From the NCBI RefSeq assembly GCF_006345805.1, contig NW_021832280.1:51890-115889 (forward strand): a DNA stretch of 64,000 nucleotides. The letters run 5' to 3'. Made by a program: the position numbers and the translations under genes. This DNA comes from Octopus sinensis (lineage: Eukaryota). The notes under the pieces were generated by a model. That model worked only from the letters and a program-made list of their open reading frames with translations. It was not told where the DNA came from and searched no databases. Of the stretch, positions 12,200 through 23,579 are shown piece by piece. Every line of letters starts with the position of its first letter. Position 1 is the stretch's first letter.

Positions 12200-12689
12200 A
12201 TATGTATGTATTATCATTAACTTCATCATTCTGACATCCACTTTTCTATGCTTGCATAAGTTAGGCTCTATTTGTATCTTGCCTCTCCTCTCTCAGTGAC
12301 AAGGGAGACTACGTAAAAACAAAAACACGAAAGTAAATAGCATGGATCTGTGTTTTTGACCAGAAAATACATTTTAAGAGAATCTGAAGAAGAAATTGTT
12401 TGGCTAATTTAAAAAATAATATTTCAGATGATTTAGAATTTAGAATGATTTAGAATATTTCAAATAATTAAGAAGATTATATTTCATAACTTGACTGCTG
12501 TCCAATGTTGTACAGTATGGAAATCAGAGATGTGAGATATTCTGGACTTCAAGAGAGAGTATCATAGGAAATCAAAATATTGTGCAGATGGTTAGTGGTA
12601 TGCTTGCACTTAATGATCCTGAAAAGAATAAAGAGGTATGATGCCAGTGCTGCTATGAAATGTAGAGAATGACAGGGAGAAAGAGAATT

Positions 12690-13635
12690 TTCCCAATATG
12701 GACCCAACAGAGGGACCAGCCACCCAAGTTGACAGCAGTATGACAGACACAGATTAAAAGGGTATGAGAAAATAGAGAAAGTCCTTGATCCATCACGAAT
12801 TACTGTTGGGATGCTGAAAGTATCCGGTGGAGTCAGCTATGACCTAATGCTGTGAATCAGACTATACGAGAAGATGTCACATTCAGTGAATGGTACTTGG
12901 TATTTGTTGACCTGGAGAAAGCCTTTCACTGGTTCTCTGCTGTATGATGAGGTAGACTCTGAGGAAGCTAGAAGTTGATTAATGGCTTGTGAGAGACCTA
13001 CAAGCCATATACAGGGGTGCAATCAATAAGGTGAGCGTTGTCCATGAGTACAGTAATGAATTTAGGTTACAGGTAGGAGTGCAACAGGACTCGGTTATCA
13101 GTCCTCTCTTATCCATCATTACTCTTCATAACATAGCAGAAGAATTTAAACTGGGTGCCCTTGGGAGCTAGTCTATGCTGATGACATCATTCTCAAGGCA
13201 GAATCTATTGTAGAATTAGAAAAGAGATTCCAGGTGTGGAAGAAAACTTTAGAAATGAAGTTGCTTAAGATTAATTTAGCCAAGACCAAAGTTCTATAGA
13301 AAGCAGGAAAGCAGACAAGACTCCACTGCCCACAAGTCTCACTTGACGTATGGGAAATGTGTTGGTAGGAATTCTGTTCTGAGTACCCAGTGCAAACTAT
13401 GGATGCATAAGTAGTGCAGTGGAATCACAGGGAAGCTAAAAGAGGAAGAAGTGATTGTATGTGGAAGATACTAAGGAGACAATAGGAAATAGATTTTCTC
13501 AAATACCTTGGGAACTCCTTAGAAGAAATGATGTACTGAAAGTATAGTTGCTAGAATAAGAACTGGATGGAGAAAATTCAGGGAGTTATTACCTCTGTTG
13601 GCTATGAAAGAACTCTTTACTTTCTCTTTCTCTTT

Positions 13636-13710
<75 letters not shown>

Positions 13711-14145
13711 AAAAGGTAGGTTGTATGATGCATGTGTTTGAAAAACAATACAACAAAGTAGTGAGATGTGGCCTACAAATGGTGATGTGAAAATCAAAGA
13801 GAACTGAAACTAGCATGCTCTGGAGGATGTACAACATCAGTGTGCATATACAACAAAGTGCTATAGTCTTGAAAGAAAAGTTAGGTGCCAGAAGAATCAA
13901 ATGTGATGTGTAGAAGAGATTATTGTGTTAGTTTGGTCATGTGATGCTTATGGAGGGGGACAGCTGCACGAACAAGTGCTAGTCACTCAAAGTGGGTGGA
14001 ATTTATGAAAAAGGGAGGCCCAGGAGGACATGAGAGGAAATAGTGAAGGCTGATCTCAAGATGTTGAGCCTCACAGAGGAGATGATAAAGAACTCAGATG
14101 ACAAGTGATTCACTGTGTTTGAAAAGACTCATCATCCAACACAGC
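12690..14145 (+). mobile_element. Decayed RTE LINE RT/C-terminal fragment with an inserted (CT)n tract (13620-13707)
   Basis: Motifs FVDLEKAF, VGVQQDSVISPLL, YADDII, IRTGWRKFREL, and LCWFGHV-like segments. Confidence 0.8.
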
Positions 14146-14179
14146 AAAAATGATGTCTAGAAAGTATTCTTGTTATGAT

Positions 14180-14910
14180 TGTAACCCATCCTGCCCCATC
14201 AAGCATTCTCCCAACACCCAGCCCTCCATCACTCCACATATTATCCTCCTCCTCCTCCTCCTCCTCCTCCCATGCTACTTCACCAATCACTTTTCTTTGC
14301 CTTTAGTTTTTCTCTCTCCTTTGCCACATTCCATTCCATTTCATTAAGACATCTCACCTATCTGCTTTCACCCTCAGCACCCTCTCATTTATGCCATCAC
14401 ACCCCACTCACTCTAGCCACCCCGTAGATACTGCTACATCTCCCTATTTTCCATTCCTAAACATTGCACACCACTGCCCTCCCCCCATCAATCTTTTGGT
14501 CTGTCTCTCACCTAACCCCCCCTCTACCATACAAACATTCCCTATCAACTGAACCTTCTCTTTCCTACCCACCCCACATTTCTAACCACCAGCCACTCTC
14601 CCCTCACATATACAAGAACCCCTTCCTTCCCTGAACCTCTCTCTCCTCTCCTATATTCCTCTTCCTGTCCCCTAAGAGTCTGCTCTATCACTGCATCACT
14701 ATCATCTCCTCCCAACTACCCCCAGCCACCCCTAGATAATGTGTGGTACCCATGTATTCCCCTCTGTAGCAAAACATCAATGCTTCTCCCCCAGTCATAC
14801 TTTAAGCTTTAGCATAAACCCACTTCCTTCTTCCCTCCAATACTCACCTCCCCCGCCCACGTCCCTCACTTCATATCAGGAGTTTTTCCTTTCTTCATTC
14901 TTCTCTCTTT
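14180..14910. repeat. Pyrimidine/C-rich low-complexity tract, followed by an RTE 3' tail (about 14910-15155)
   Basis: G-poor, C-rich composition. The downstream sequence has GGTATTAGGAACGGCATCCAGC and a GATGATGAT tail. Confidence 0.6.
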
Positions 14911-15204
14911 CTACCTTGCAAGTTACTTGACAACCTCACTTGTGCTGGTGGGTCAAGAAAGAAAAAGTACCCAGTGCCTTTCTCTGTAAAGTGGTGGGTA
15001 TTAGGAACGGCATCCAGCCACAGACTCTATGCCACAACAGACGACTGGAGATCACCATAGCCCTGTGGCTTGCCAGAGCCTCTCAAACTGTCCACTCTAT
15101 GCTAGCATAAAAAAAAAGCAAACTTTATATGATGATGATAACGATGATGACAATGATCTGTATCATTTCTAGAATTAATTTGGTTTTTTATTTTATCTTT
15201 TCAG

Positions 15205-15574
15205 AAGCCGAATTTAAAGAGTATTGGTACAGATCATGAAGTCCAGATTTCTATCAGGGACAAAATTGAAATTCATGGCAGACATTCTCATGTAAAAAAT
15301 GCTAAACTTGATGTCCAATCATTATTAATGGAATACAAAGAGGCTGATGAGGAAATCATTTTTAAAGACATTGCACAATGGTCTTACTTTGATGAAAATA
15401 ATCCAGAAAACATAAGAATGTTTAGTGACAAAGAAAATGCCATGCTTGAGAAAGCATACTCACTGGGAAAAAGATTCCTTAATTTGAAGAAAATAAAATA
15501 TGATATTAAGAAAATGTGTTTTCAACACGAAGGGAGGAAATTTAAAATGAAGAGAAAACAAAACCTAAGGTATG
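15205..15574 (+). CDS. PARP14-like: PARP14/15-like mono-ADP-ribosyltransferase, internal exon (KH-like segment + WWE domain); upstream exons not found in the window
   Basis: Acceptor ttttatcttttcAG at 15203-15204. Open frame KPNLKSIGTDHEVQISIRDKIEIHG..AQWSYFDE..FSDKENAMLEKAY..YDIKKM..KMKRKQNLRY. Phase-1 donor G|gtacgt matches the next exon. Confidence 0.82.
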
Positions 15575-15640
15575 GTACGTGCATATTTTTTTTACTATAA
15601 AGACGTTCTTGCTTGTTTTTTGTTGTCTTTTTATCAGTAA

Positions 15641-16029
15641 CTAGCAGTATCGCCCGGCGTTGCTCGGGTTTGTAAGGGAAATAACTATATAAGCATTTTT
15701 AGAGAGTTATAGCCAAAAAATGCATTAAAATGGAAAAAAAAAAATGATTGTAAATATTTTTTTAAATTGTTGACTCATCGTAGACATTTTTAGAGAGTTA
15801 CTTCCCTTATATAATAGCGAAAAAATGCATTAAAATGGAAAAAAATGATGGTAAATTTCTTTTTAAATCGTAGACTCATCATAGACGCACGCTAATACCC
15901 AGAAGGGCTCGATATGAATCACGACTATAAGATACCCGGTTTTGGTTAAACTGCACCGCAAAATGTGGGAGTAGTTAGGAATCTAAATCGTAGGAGACAG
16001 ACACACAACCTCACTTTTATATCTAAAGA
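15641..16029 (-). mobile_element. Non-autonomous Helitron, 389 bp
   Basis: On the minus strand: 5' TC(TTTAGATATAAAAG), a 3' GC-rich hairpin CCCGAGCAACGCCGGG, then CTAG. Inserted between A and T with no TSD. Confidence 0.85.
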
Positions 16030-16074
16030 TAACTGTTGGTTGGTTGGTTTCTCTAGTCACACTTTACATTGTAC

Positions 16075-18470
16075 AAAGAGAGAGAGAGAAAAGAGCAACA
16101 AACAGAGGGAGAGAGGAGAACTATAGAGATAGAGGGATACAAGAATGCTTCCGTAAGAGATAGATAGAAAAGAGCTACATAGACAGAGAGGGGGGGGGAG
16201 AAGAGAGCAAATGAGAGTGGGCAAGAAGAGAGCTACAGTGAGAGGGAAAAGTGTGCAAAAGAGGGTGGGGATGAAGAGAGGGTTAGAAAGAAGCTACAAA
16301 GAGAGAGGGGAAGAGAGCAACTGAGAGAAGGAAGAAGAGAACTACAGAGAGATAGAGAGAGAAAAGAGCTACAGAGAGAAGGAAGAAGAGAGCTACTGAG
16401 GGAGAGAAGGAAAGCGCTACAGAAAGAGGAGGAGATGAAAACAACAGAAAGCGGCTCAGAATAAAGCTACAAAGAGAGGGGAGAAGAGAGCTACAGAGAG
16501 AAGGGAGAAGAGAGCTACAGAGAGAGAGGAGAGAAAAGAGCTACAGAGAGAGAGAAGAGAAGAGAGCTACAGAGAAAGGAGTAGAAGAGAACAACAGAAA
16601 TGGGTCAGAAGAGAGCTACAGAAAGAGATGAGAAGAGAGCTAGAGAGAAATGGGAGAAGAAAGCTATGGAGGGAGGGGGAGAAGAGTACAACCAGGAGAG
16701 GGTCAGAATAAAGCTACAGAGAGAGAGGGGGGGAGAAAAGAGCTACATGAAGAGAGGAGAAGCGAGCTAGAGAGAGAAAGGAATAGAGCTACAGAGAGTG
16801 GGGAGAAGGAAACAACAGAGAGGGGACAAGAAGAGAGCTACAGCGAGAGGGAAAAGAAAGCAACAGCATGAGGGTGAGGAGAGCTACAGAAAGATGATCA
16901 GAAGTAAACTACAAAGAGAGGAGAGAAGAGAGCTACAGAGAGAGACAAGAAGAGATCTACACAGAGAGAGGAGAAAAGAACTACAGAGATAGGGAAGAAT
17001 AGAGCAGAGCTACAGAGAGTGAGTAGGACGATAACAGAAAAAGGGTCAGAAGAAAGCTACAGAGTAAGGGGGGAAAGAGCTACAGGGAAAAGGGAGAAGA
17101 AAGCTATAAAGCAAGGGAAGAAGAGAGCTACAAAGAGAAGGGAGAGCTATAGAGAAGTATAAGAAAAGAGCTACAGAGAGAGTGGAGAAGAAAGCTTCAG
17201 TGAGAGGCTAGAAGAGAGCAGTGGAAAGAGGGTAAAAAACGCTACAGTGAAAGAGGGTCATAAGAGAGCTACAGAGAGTGAGGAAAATTAGTTACCGAGA
17301 GAGAGAAAGAGAGAAGAGAGTTACATAGAGTGGGAGAGAAGATAACAACAGAAAGGTCAGAAGAAAGCTACAGGGAGAGAGAAGAAGAGAACTACTGATG
17401 AAGTGTTAGGAGAAAGCTACAGTGGCAAGAAGCGAGCTACAGAGAGAGAGAAGAGGAGAGCTACAGAGAGATGGGAGAATAGAGCTACAATGAGTGGGAA
17501 AGAAGAAAGAAGGTCAGAAGAAAGCTATAGGAGTGTCAGGAGAAAGCAACAGAGAGAGGGAAGAAGGGAGTTACAGAGGGAGGGGAAAGAGCTACAGAGA
17601 GGGGAGAAAAGAGCAACTGAGAGTGGGGGAGAAGAGAGCAACAGAAAGAGGGGAGGAGAGAACTACAGAGAGTGGGGGGGAGAATAGAGCTACAGAGAAA
17701 GAAGTGAAGAGGCCTATAGAGAGAGGGGAGAAAAGAGCTACAAAGTGACAGAGAGAATATTAAAACAGAAAGAGGATCATAAGAAAGGTACAGAGAGGAG
17801 AAAAGAGCTACAGAGAGAGAGAGGGGAGAAGAGAGATACAGAGAGAGGATCAGAAGAATGTCCACGGAGAGAGCTAAACAGAGAGATGCAAGAAGAGAGC
17901 AACAAAAGAGTGGAGAAGAGAGCTACAGAGGGAGAGAGAGGGGAAAAGAGAGCAACTGAAAGCTACAGTAAAGGGGAGAAGAGAGCTACTGAGACAGGGG
18001 AAAAGAGAACTAGAGAGAGAAGGGAGAAGCATGCTACAGAGAGAAAGAGGCAGAAGAGAGCTGCAAAAAGAGGGTCAGAAGAATACTACAGAGAGAGGGG
18101 AGAAAGAGTTAAATTGAGATGAGGAGAAGATAATAGCAGAAAGAGGATCAGAAGGAAGCTACAAAAAGAGGGGGTGAAGAAAGATGCAGAGAGTGGGGAG
18201 AGGAGAACAATAGAAAGTGGGGGAAATGAGAGTAACAGAAAGAGGGTTAGAAGAAAGCTACTGAGAGAGGGGAGAAGTGAGTTAGAGAGGGAGGAGAAGA
18301 AAGCTACCGAGAGAAGAAAACAAACGAAAGTGTGTTCCAATAAAGCTAGAGAGGAAGGAGAAGAGAGCTACAGAGAGTGGGGGAGAAGGGAGCAGCAAAC
18401 TACAGAGTGAAGGGAGAAGAGAGCTACTGAGGAAGTGGAGAGGAGAGGTGGGGAGAAGAAAACTACAGTG
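16075..18470. repeat. Degenerate purine-rich minisatellite, about 21-22 bp unit (GGGAGAAGAGAGCTACAGAGA)
   Basis: The core AGAGCTACAGAG recurs dozens of times. The + strand is overwhelmingly A/G. Confidence 0.9.
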
Positions 18471-18494
18471 ATGGATGTTTTCTGTGAAGTAGAT

Positions 18495-18734
18495 TTTATT
18501 TCTTTATTGCCCACCGGGGGGGGGGGGTTACACACAGAGGGGACAAACAAGGGCAGACAAAGGGATTAAGTCGATTACATTGACTCCAGTGTGTAACTAG
18601 TACTTATTTAAACGACCCCAAAAGGATGAAAGGTGAAGCCGACCTCAGTAGAATTCGAACTCAGAAAGTAATGGCAGACGAAATACCACGAGGCAGTTTG
18701 CCCAGCGTGCTAATGATTCTGCCAGCTTGCCACC
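18495..18734 (-). mobile_element. tRNA-derived SINE
   Basis: Reverse complement of the copy at 32222-32450: A box TGGCAGAATC, B box GAGTTCGAATTC, central CCTTTCATCCTTTTGGGGTCG, AATAAAGAAA end. Confidence 0.85.
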
Positions 18735-19195
18735 CTTTAGATTGCGATGTTTGTTTTATTACCTCCGCCTTGGGTGGAGGCATAGTTTCTAGTCATGTTT
18801 GTTTATTTGTCTATCTGTGGACAAGATCTCTAAAGAACCACTGGATGGATTCAGATAAAACTTTCACGGATGTTTGGCCTTGTGACTGGCATGAACTGAT
18901 TAGATTTTGGGATCAATCCTGTACCGGACAAGGATTCTGGATTATTTGTTATTTTTACTTTACATGGTTATGATCTTATGTTGACTTTCAAGTCTTTCTC
19001 AATTATCTCCCTTTAGGCTGTTTCCAAAGTTTTATCTTCGTTTCTCTATTATTAATTTTACTCACATCTCTATCTTAATAGAAACTGATGGATAAACAAA
19101 TCAAACTACATAAACAAACAGCAGTAAAACCATTCAGAAATTAAATAACACTAACATATTTTTATAATATACTAGCAGAGATACCCGGCGTTGAC

Positions 19196-19583
19196 CATCA
19201 TCATCATCATCATCATCATCGTCGTTTAGCGTCCGTTCTCCATGCTAGCATGGGTTGGACGGTTCTACTGGGGTCTGTGAAGCCAGAAGGCTTCATCAGG
19301 CCCAGTCAAATCTGGCAGTGTTTCTACGGCTGGATGCCCTTCCTAACGCCAACCACTCCGTGAGTGTAGTGGGTGCTTTTTACATGCCACCCGCACAGGT
19401 GCCAGACAGAGCTGGCAAACGGCCACGAACGGATGGTGCTTTTTATGTGCCACCGGCACAAGGGCCAGGCGAGGCTGGCAACGGACACGAAACGGGGCGG
19501 TGCTGGCAACGGTCGCGAAACGGAAGGTTCTCTTACATGCCACCGGCACTGGTAACACATCTGCAATTTCCATTGATCGATTT
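19196..19583 (-). mobile_element. RTE LINE 3' UTR fragment with a (GAT)n tail, probably inserted into a Helitron 3' end (CTAG at 19172)
   Basis: (CAT)n at 19196-19220, the GGATGCCCTTCCTAACGCCAAC motif and internal TGCCACCGGCAC repeats. Upstream ACTAGCAGAGATACCCGGCGTTG resembles 15640-15662. Confidence 0.75.
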
Positions 19584-20717
19584 CCATGAATTACACTTTT
19601 CTGTTATATTTTCTGTAATGAATTGGAATATCTTTGTTTCGAATTTCATCAAAATTGCAGATGAGTGTTATTTCCCTCTTTACACATCCTAAAGAAATTG
19701 TAATCATGATACATGTATCTCATACTACTGATTTTTATGCACATAAAAATTCCAGTCTTATTGAACCTGTCAAAAAGATTTTGCTCCTGAAAAATGGAGG
19801 TCATGGAGCTCAAAAATGTGGGAGTTAAGGCCCCTATTGGGGGTGAGTGTCTTAATGTCAACCAGAGAAGTTGAATTATTGAGAATCTTTTTAACTAGGA
19901 TCTTATATCTATTGTTTGAATTTCTTTGAAATAGGAAATATATGTTCACTGGGTTTGTAAAAGAGAGCAAAGCTACAGGAAACCAAAAGACAAATGATCA
20001 CAATAAGCAGTCAGCTACCCTACCCTAGTCGTTACCACTCCTAATGTAGGATTCCTCACCATCCAGGAGACAGGCACAGCCGTAAGATGCATTACGAATC
20101 TATAGTAATTGGAAGGGCGTGACCCAACTGAAATCAACATTAACAACTGTGTGACGTGAGGGCTAAAGGGAAATGAAAGTGTCACCTCTGGAGTTTGCAA
20201 ATGAACACTATACTGATACGTAACTGGACAGAATAAATTTAAAATCTATAAATGTCTTTGAATAACCAGTCACTCATCTGGGAAGGCCTTGAAATCAATG
20301 TTACCATCTGGGGACTATGTGTGACCCAGTGATAATAAAAAGACTGAAAGGAGATCTACAATCAAATAACTTTACTCAACACCTTGCAACTGAATCTGTG
20401 GAGGCAAAGATGCCTCTCATTTACTTGACAATTTATGCAGCACTTTGCAGAAATCACAATGTAAGTGTATGGTAAAGCAAACTGTTACACTGTTGTACCA
20501 TTGAATTACAAATAATGCTCATCTTTTATGCTCAGGTAACCTACAGCTTCAAAGAGCGCAACTGTATTCGCTTTTTGCTTAGATAAAATGACTAAATTGT
20601 GGGTGTTAAGTCCACATAGAGGGGTCTTTCTAACTTGTAAGAAGATGAAATTTTATAAATATTACTTCAGACTGTGCACAAGTCACCTGAATCAATTCCT
20701 CCAGGTCCATTGTGAGT

Positions 20718-23520
20718 CGAACAACATTGTGACTGATGAACAATGCTGATAGAAAGAAAGGAGTGTGGGGATGTGCTAAACTACTTTTAATAAACAAAGC
20801 CGTCCTGTCTGAAGTAAGAAAACAACGCAGAAATCTTGTGACAGTATGGCTTGTCTATAAGAAGGCATTCGACTCTATCCCTCATTCATGGCTGTTGAAG
20901 TGCCTACACCTGGCAAAGGTACCTTCCACTCTAATTGTGAGTCTCTGTAGAGAGACTCACAAAGACATGGACAACAGTTCTCACCCTTCCAACAGAGAAC
21001 ACAATAATTGTTTCTGATAGTAAAGGCATTTCAAAGGGAATATTCCAGGGAGATGGTCTTTCTGTACTTCTTTTCCTTTTGCCACTGAATCCATAATCGT
21101 TCCTACTGCAGAAAACAAATGGCTACATGCTAGGATCTTCAACTGCTAGAAGTATCAATGAAACTCATAATTTCTTTGTAGACAACATCAAGATCTATGC
21201 TAAAAGCATTGACAATGCCAAAATACAAACTGGAATTAGTAACATTTTCAGCGGATATAGGCATGGAATTTGGCCAACAGAAATGTTTGTATTTGGTCAT
21301 AGAACGAGGAAAGTCAGTCCCCCAAACCCCAAACCTGTGCATCAACAGTCTCTCTATCTCCCCCATTCCACACAAAGAATGTTACAAATACCTAGGGCAC
21401 ATATATGAAAGCACTGAGAATAAAAATAGTGTGACCTGAGAATGTTACACCAGACTTAGGACAATATGGTAGTCAGAACTCTCCTCTAGCAACAAAACAA
21501 TATCCCACAATGCATTTGCAATACCAGTGCTGACCCCCAACATTTGGGATACTTGATTGGTCTGCAGAGGAAATCCACTCCATACATATTAAAACCTGCA
21601 AAACCCTGACACCAACTGGGAACTTCCAAAGAAACAGTGATGTGGACAGACTCTACCTAAGAAGAAATGAAGGTGGTGGAGGCCTGAAATCAGTGCAGAC
21701 GGCCTTTGAGTGAAGACCACTACATCACATCATGCTTTGAAGGCTACGTGTTTGCAATCCAGGAAGAGGAGATTGCCCCAAAGTACCTGGTGAACAAGAG
21801 AGACAGTGATGCTCTTGTCATCCCAAAGTGCAACCGCATGTGTAGGCTATGTCATGTTTCAGTGGAAGACGTCATGCATGTGATTAGCAGCTGCCTTAAA
21901 ATGTCTTCATGGTACTACTGTATTGTAGACTATATGTATGTACATAGCAGATAAGAGGTAGCCTTTGATCACTATTTGGTTCCTGTTGTGTCCACTACTC
22001 TGATTAGTTGGTGTTGGCACAATTATGTCTCTTACCTGATTGCACCAACTGCTGCATATTACTAAGATCACATGGGACAACCTTTCCCAAACCCTATTTT
22101 GAGCCTGCTACATTATATAAAAACTCAGTTTTTCCCTCAATACATGTCTTTAGTTCCTGACCTTTTAAGGTAAAGCCACTGACCACATAGACAGCCAGTT
22201 CCAGCGATGACACCAGACAACATGCTACCACAGCAGCTATGTTGAGGCTCACCAACTTCATCCAACAGCATTCTGCAACCTCGATCTCTGTCGCCACCAT
22301 CATCCTAATGTCAACATCTCCACATACACAACTCAGCAAGCAACTCACCCAGGTTCCAAAACTTCTTTGTTTGTGAGTTACTTCACCATGGATCAACAGT
22401 GAAGATATAACCTGCAAGAACTCCTGTACCAAGTGACTCAGGTAGCAACAGCATCACAGCCACAACTTCACGTATGACATGTACCTGTCACCAGCTCAGC
22501 ATCATGGCTGCAACTTCTTTATGCAGTATTTCAACTACCGTGTACTAACTATGAACTGGTATTATTTATCTTACTTGTGTCTATGAACATTCTCCTCATT
22601 TCTCTTTATAGACTCTTTCCCTGTCTTCTTCTTCATTGCCATCCTTATATGTTCTTAACACACACATATATCTATGCTTACACACACACACTTTGTTCTC
22701 ATAATGGCCTGCCTATTATTCTGTATACATGATGCACACACAGACATACATATTAATATATCAATAAATCTTCCCTTAATCATTCTACTTGGTTGTGTCT
22801 CCTTTTTCTCTCTGGCAAATAATTGTACTAGTCCAATATATATTTATTGTAAGAGCTGTGTGATGTACTAAAGAGCCATTCTTGTTACCTCGCATCACAC
22901 TGTCCTTACACTACTTCCCTATGCAGAATGATGTTGTTACTAAAACAATTTACAACACCATCCATAAAAAAGACTGTCCTGAAATAAACTTTGAAAACCC
23001 ATATGCTATGGAATACATTCATAAGCACCAACCCAAGGAATACTGGTGGAATATTCCCATCAAAACTTCAGTCAAATGTAAGCGTAACAGACTGGATATT
23101 GTTGTTTGGGACAGAGGGGCAAAGGTATGTACCATCATAGAGGTCAGCTGCCCTGCAGATATAAATATCTCTTTGAAAATCAAAGAAAAAGAAGATATCC
23201 ATGGACAACTGCTTCGAAACCTCCAGCTTCTATATCCAGACTATGAATTCATATTCATACCAATAATAATTGGAGCACTAGGTTTCGTTAGTAAATGCTT
23301 AAGGGTGAATCAGGACGAATTGGGATTTTCAGAAAGAGAAAGTAACCATCTAATTTGTACATTACAAGTGCAATCTGCAAGTGGAACAGTAAAAACATGC
23401 AAGACTTTTCTCAAGTTCCAAATGTGAATTTGTCGGTGTTAACCACATCCCAAAGATGTAGTAGTCTTGTATCTTTGTTCAAAACTGGCTGCCTCATCAT
23501 GGAAGATTTATAATAATTAA
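20718..23520 (+). mobile_element. Decayed, internally deleted Dong/R4 LINE (RT, CCHC, RLE), split by a solo LTR
   Basis: Motifs YKKAFDSIPHSWL, GIFQGDGLSVLLF, YKYLG, CRLCHVSVEDVMHVISSC and RLDIVVWD..IIEVSCP..IPIIIGALG. Confidence 0.9.
21919..22910 (+). mobile_element. Solo LTR (992 bp), probably Gypsy-type
   Basis: Termini TGTA..TACA. 4-bp TSD CTAC at 21915-21918 and 22911-22914. It interrupts SSWYY|FPMQ, which is contiguous in the copy at 41769-42044. TATA-like motif at about 22115 and AATAAA at about 22763. Confidence 0.85.
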
Positions 23521-23532
23521 AAAACAGAAGAG

Positions 23533-23574
<42 letters not shown>

Positions 23575-23579
23575 TATAA

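Noticed and set aside
1-15200. Upstream macrodomain exons of the PARP gene
   Set aside because: I searched the non-repeat gaps (5700-6090, 12240-12690) and found no open, splice-bounded segment with macro or KH motifs. These exons probably lie outside the window.
16650-18410. E/R/K-rich ORFs as a coiled-coil protein
   Set aside because: They are translations of the purine minisatellite in several frames, with frequent stops and no splice-consistent exon.
20000-20700. HDV-like ribozyme or 5' UTR of the adjacent Dong element
   Set aside because: I could not assemble the nested double pseudoknot by eye, so it is left unannotated.
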